A DNA stretch of 64,000 nt. It comes from Octopus sinensis (taxonomy: Eukaryota). The stretch covers positions 75,454,001 through 75,518,000 of the forward strand of contig NC_042997.1 in NCBI RefSeq assembly GCF_006345805.1, read 5' to 3'. Both the position numbers and the translations under genes were made by a program. Below, piece by piece: positions 61,130 to 64,000 of the stretch. The notes below the pieces were generated by a model. That model was not told where the DNA came from, searched no databases, and worked only from the letters and a program-made list of their open reading frames with translations. Numbering within the stretch: the stretch's first letter is position 1; each line of letters opens with the position of its first letter.

Positions 61130-61376
61130 ATCAGAATTCATAGATCTAAGAATATATCTATTGAGCCCCAATGACATTATAAAATGCTTTATAACAAAAT
61201 TATCAGTACAATAGTTGACCAAATAAAAGCACGATATTCATCCTTAGAAGAGTTTAAATTCATGGAACTTTCGAATTTCAACAAATTTGATGAGTATTGC
61301 AAACAATTTAAAAATCATGGGTACTATTTAAGAAAAACATTGCATGCCCAGCCTCGGAAGTCACCGCACGCCACTG
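61130..61376 (+). mobile_element. hAT transposon fragment with one terminus
   Basis: Reads YNKIISTIVDQIKARYSSLEEFKFMEL, and ends gtcaccgcacgccactg (reverse complement CAGTGGCG, a hAT-type TIR). Confidence 0.55.
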
Positions 61377-61399
61377 GTGGCTACAATCCAGCCTACCTC

Positions 61400-62690
61400 T
61401 ACTTCTGGGGGGACATTTTAAATTTTTATCTGGGACGTCCTACGCCCCAGATATAAAGGTAAAAATAAAATATTTCCACTTTGCAAGGTTCAAGTCGAGT
61501 ACTCCCTTGCACGCTCCGTTGACTTGAACCTTGCTTCTGTTGTGGCGAATTTACCGCCTCTGGTTAGATATCTTTCATAGTCGCACCAAGACACTTTTTG
61601 ATGGTGCTTTCCTCCAGGTGTTCAAATCTTTTTTTTTTTCTCTACATTGTATACTTTATAGACAATAGTCTTTACTTTAATTTAATTTTTTATTTCGTTT
61701 GGTGGTGTTATCCTAGATTCACCATCTTTGTCAGTGATCAATCCGAAATAGGTTTGTATTTCTTCCATTTTAATTTTAATGAGTTCGCGCCCGCCAACGG
61801 CTGCAGCAAAATTCATTTTTGGACTTTCTTTTATCGAAGGCATTCTAACAAAAATGCTTCCATGTAAACGGTGAAAATATTGTCAATTTCCCCAAACAGG
61901 GACACAATTCAATTTTTAAATAATAACCAAAGCTCCTTCTCCCAAAGGGGGAGGGTTACAGTTTACAATTATTTAACAAATGCAACACAACAACGTTTGA
62001 CTGCAGTCATGCTGGAGTACTGCATTTAGTCGAACAAATCAATCCCAGGATTTATTCTTTGTAAGTCTAGCACTTATTCTATTGGTCTCTTTTGCCGAAC
62101 CGCTAAGTGACGGGGACATAAACACACCAGCATCGATTGTCAAGCAATGCTAGGGTGACAAACACACATACACATATATATACATATATACGACAGGCTT
62201 CTTTCAGTTTCTGTCTACCAAATCCACTGACAAGGCATTGGTCAGCCCAGGGCTATAGCAGAAGACATTTGCCCAAGATGCCACGCAGTGGGACTGAACC
62301 CGGAACCATGTGGTTGGTTAGCAAGCTACTTACCACACAGCCACTCCTGTGCCTATGTTACGATTATATTATACTTTAGTTTGATTTTAATTATTACTTA
62401 CTACATATAATTCAAATGTTATTATTATCTCTAATTTTTATTGTTAAAGTGAAAGTATCTGACATAAAATAGAGAAATGTTTTTGTTTCACGTTTTAACA
62501 CGTAATACTGAAATAGTGGAGAAGATATGATATTGCTATGGGCTTGCCCTAGGCAAGAAGTTGAACATTTTTTTTGCCATGAAACTACACGGACCCTAAG
62601 TAAGGCATGTGTAAAATTCAAATGAAATTGGTTGTGTAGTTCTCACATAGACAGACAGACACACATTCTCAGTTTTATATATATGGAGAT
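61400..62690 (-). mobile_element. Helentron-type element (family H2), interrupted by a family C SINE
   Basis: 62355-62680 and 61430-61690 match, as reverse complements, the two halves of 34975-35672, including the terminal hairpin. Confidence 0.65.
61990..62353 (-). mobile_element. tRNA-derived SINE, family C
   Basis: Contains gactgcagtcatgctggagtac...gcccaagatgccacgcagtgggactgaacccggaaccatgtgg. Confidence 0.88.
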
Positions 62691-62761
62691 GAGTGAAACT
62701 CATTCAAGTAATAGCTGAAAACAGTATAATAAACATTCTAGAGTCTATCCCATCTATAATT

Positions 62762-64000
62762 AGTATTTGATGTCTCCTCCTTTTGCTTTAATAACTGCTT
62801 TTATACATTTTTGTGCATACTTGAGACTAAGTTGGTGCAAGTGGCTGGGTCAATTTTCTGCCACACTTCATAAATTTTGTCTTCTAATTCTCTTTTTGAA
62901 AAACATTTGTGCATCCTTGCTCTTGTACCTGAGTGTGACTGCAACTGTTCAATGGGACTGAGATCTGGAAACTGAGGGGACCGTTTCATCACTGTCATCT
63001 CTTTCTCCTCAGACCAACCCATTGAGACTGGATGTATGGCATGTAAATTGTCATGAAAGATTACACCGTCTGGGATGTTATCGCTGTAAATTTTAGCTAA
63101 GGAAGGTTGATAAACTTGATCTAACATGCTGGTGTAAGTGTTGGAATTCATTGAACAAGGGAACAACATTTGTGGGCCTGAAGGTGACATGCAATCCCAA
63201 ACCATTGTGCTTCCTCCTCCAAATTTGATTGTTGGGGCCACACATCCAAGATGATAAGCTTCTCCAACTCTACAGTGAACATAAACAGCTCCAGGGGTTT
63301 CAAAGATCTGAGGAGAAAAACAAAAATTTACTGATTATTTTTGGTATCTAATAAAAAAATTTGTACACGTGTAAGAATTTCAATTATGCCTTGTAAAATG
63401 ACAGAAATGAAAGTGAAAACCTACCTGAAAGTTACTTTCATCAGACCGAACAACTCTAGCCCAATCATCATCAGTGCCAATCTTCATGCTCTTATGCCCA
63501 AGAAATCACTTATTCATAAACACCTCAGACAACAATGGCTTCTTTCTGGCCTTACATCCTTTGAACCCAGCTTCTAATAACCTTCTTCTCACAGTGTGAG
63601 TTGATATCCCCTTGTTTGTTGCCACCCGAAACTCAGCAGTTATGTCAGAGGTCGTCTTTTTCCTATCTGCCAGAGATGTCCTCTTCAGCAACCTGTCTTC
63701 CCTCATGGTTGTATACTATTTGTGACCTCGTCCTTTATGGTGTTTAGGACACATTTTCTCAAGTATTTCAATTTTCTTGCAATTTCAACTTGGGAGAATC
63801 CTTCACTGGATAATGCAATGATTTGAGCCCTTTGAACTTCAGGAATCTATTTCTTCAGAGACATTTTCAACAAATATTAACTACTGATAAGTTAGCAATA
63901 TGATATTCACTGAAAGAATTGGAAAAAATGTTAGTGTCACACAATGAGTGGCAGAAAATTGACCCAGCCACTTGTGCCAACAAATTTCAAGTGTGTAATA
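62762..64000 (-). mobile_element. Tc1-family transposon with long TIRs, extending past the window end
   Basis: Remnants: HTVRRRLLEAGFKGCKARKKPLL, KFGGGSTMVW.C, SPQFPDLSPIE. 63945-63990 is the reverse complement of 62821-62866, so the TIR overlaps the C-terminal coding sequence. Confidence 0.88.

Noticed and set aside
52323-64000. Next CARMIL exon (helical dimerisation region)
   Set aside because: No segment with matching translation and splice sites was found by eye; it probably lies beyond the window.

Overview
Eukaryotic, AT-rich genomic DNA. The SINE and microsatellite landscape looks like an octopus genome (recognised from memory, not database-checked). The + strand carries nine consecutive internal coding exons of a CARMIL (LRRC16-type, capping protein/Arp2/3/myosin-I linker) gene. 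They cover the C-terminal LRRs and the start of the helical dimerisation region: 902 nt, all GT-AG introns, consistent phases. The gene starts before the window and ends after it. The introns are filled with decayed mobile DNA: Penelope-like elements (PLEs), RTE, CR1/L2-group and R4/Dong LINEs, a Gypsy fragment and a solo LTR, mariner/Tc1, hAT, piggyBac-like MITEs, Helentron-type non-autonomous elements and tRNA-derived SINEs. The main finding is a set of type I hammerhead-ribozyme motifs from several distinct PLE-type families, read by eye. Several have non-canonical cores (CCGANGA, CUGUAGA). They recur as non-coding head-to-head foldback units whose outer ends run into (TA)n, and one inversion junction lies within 2 nt of the predicted self-cleavage site. 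Also notable are a Tx1/L1-type ORF1 with no following ORF2, and several retro-insertion junctions carrying an inverted copy of neighbouring DNA. Nothing was computed; folds, identities and family assignments are by-eye and need checking.
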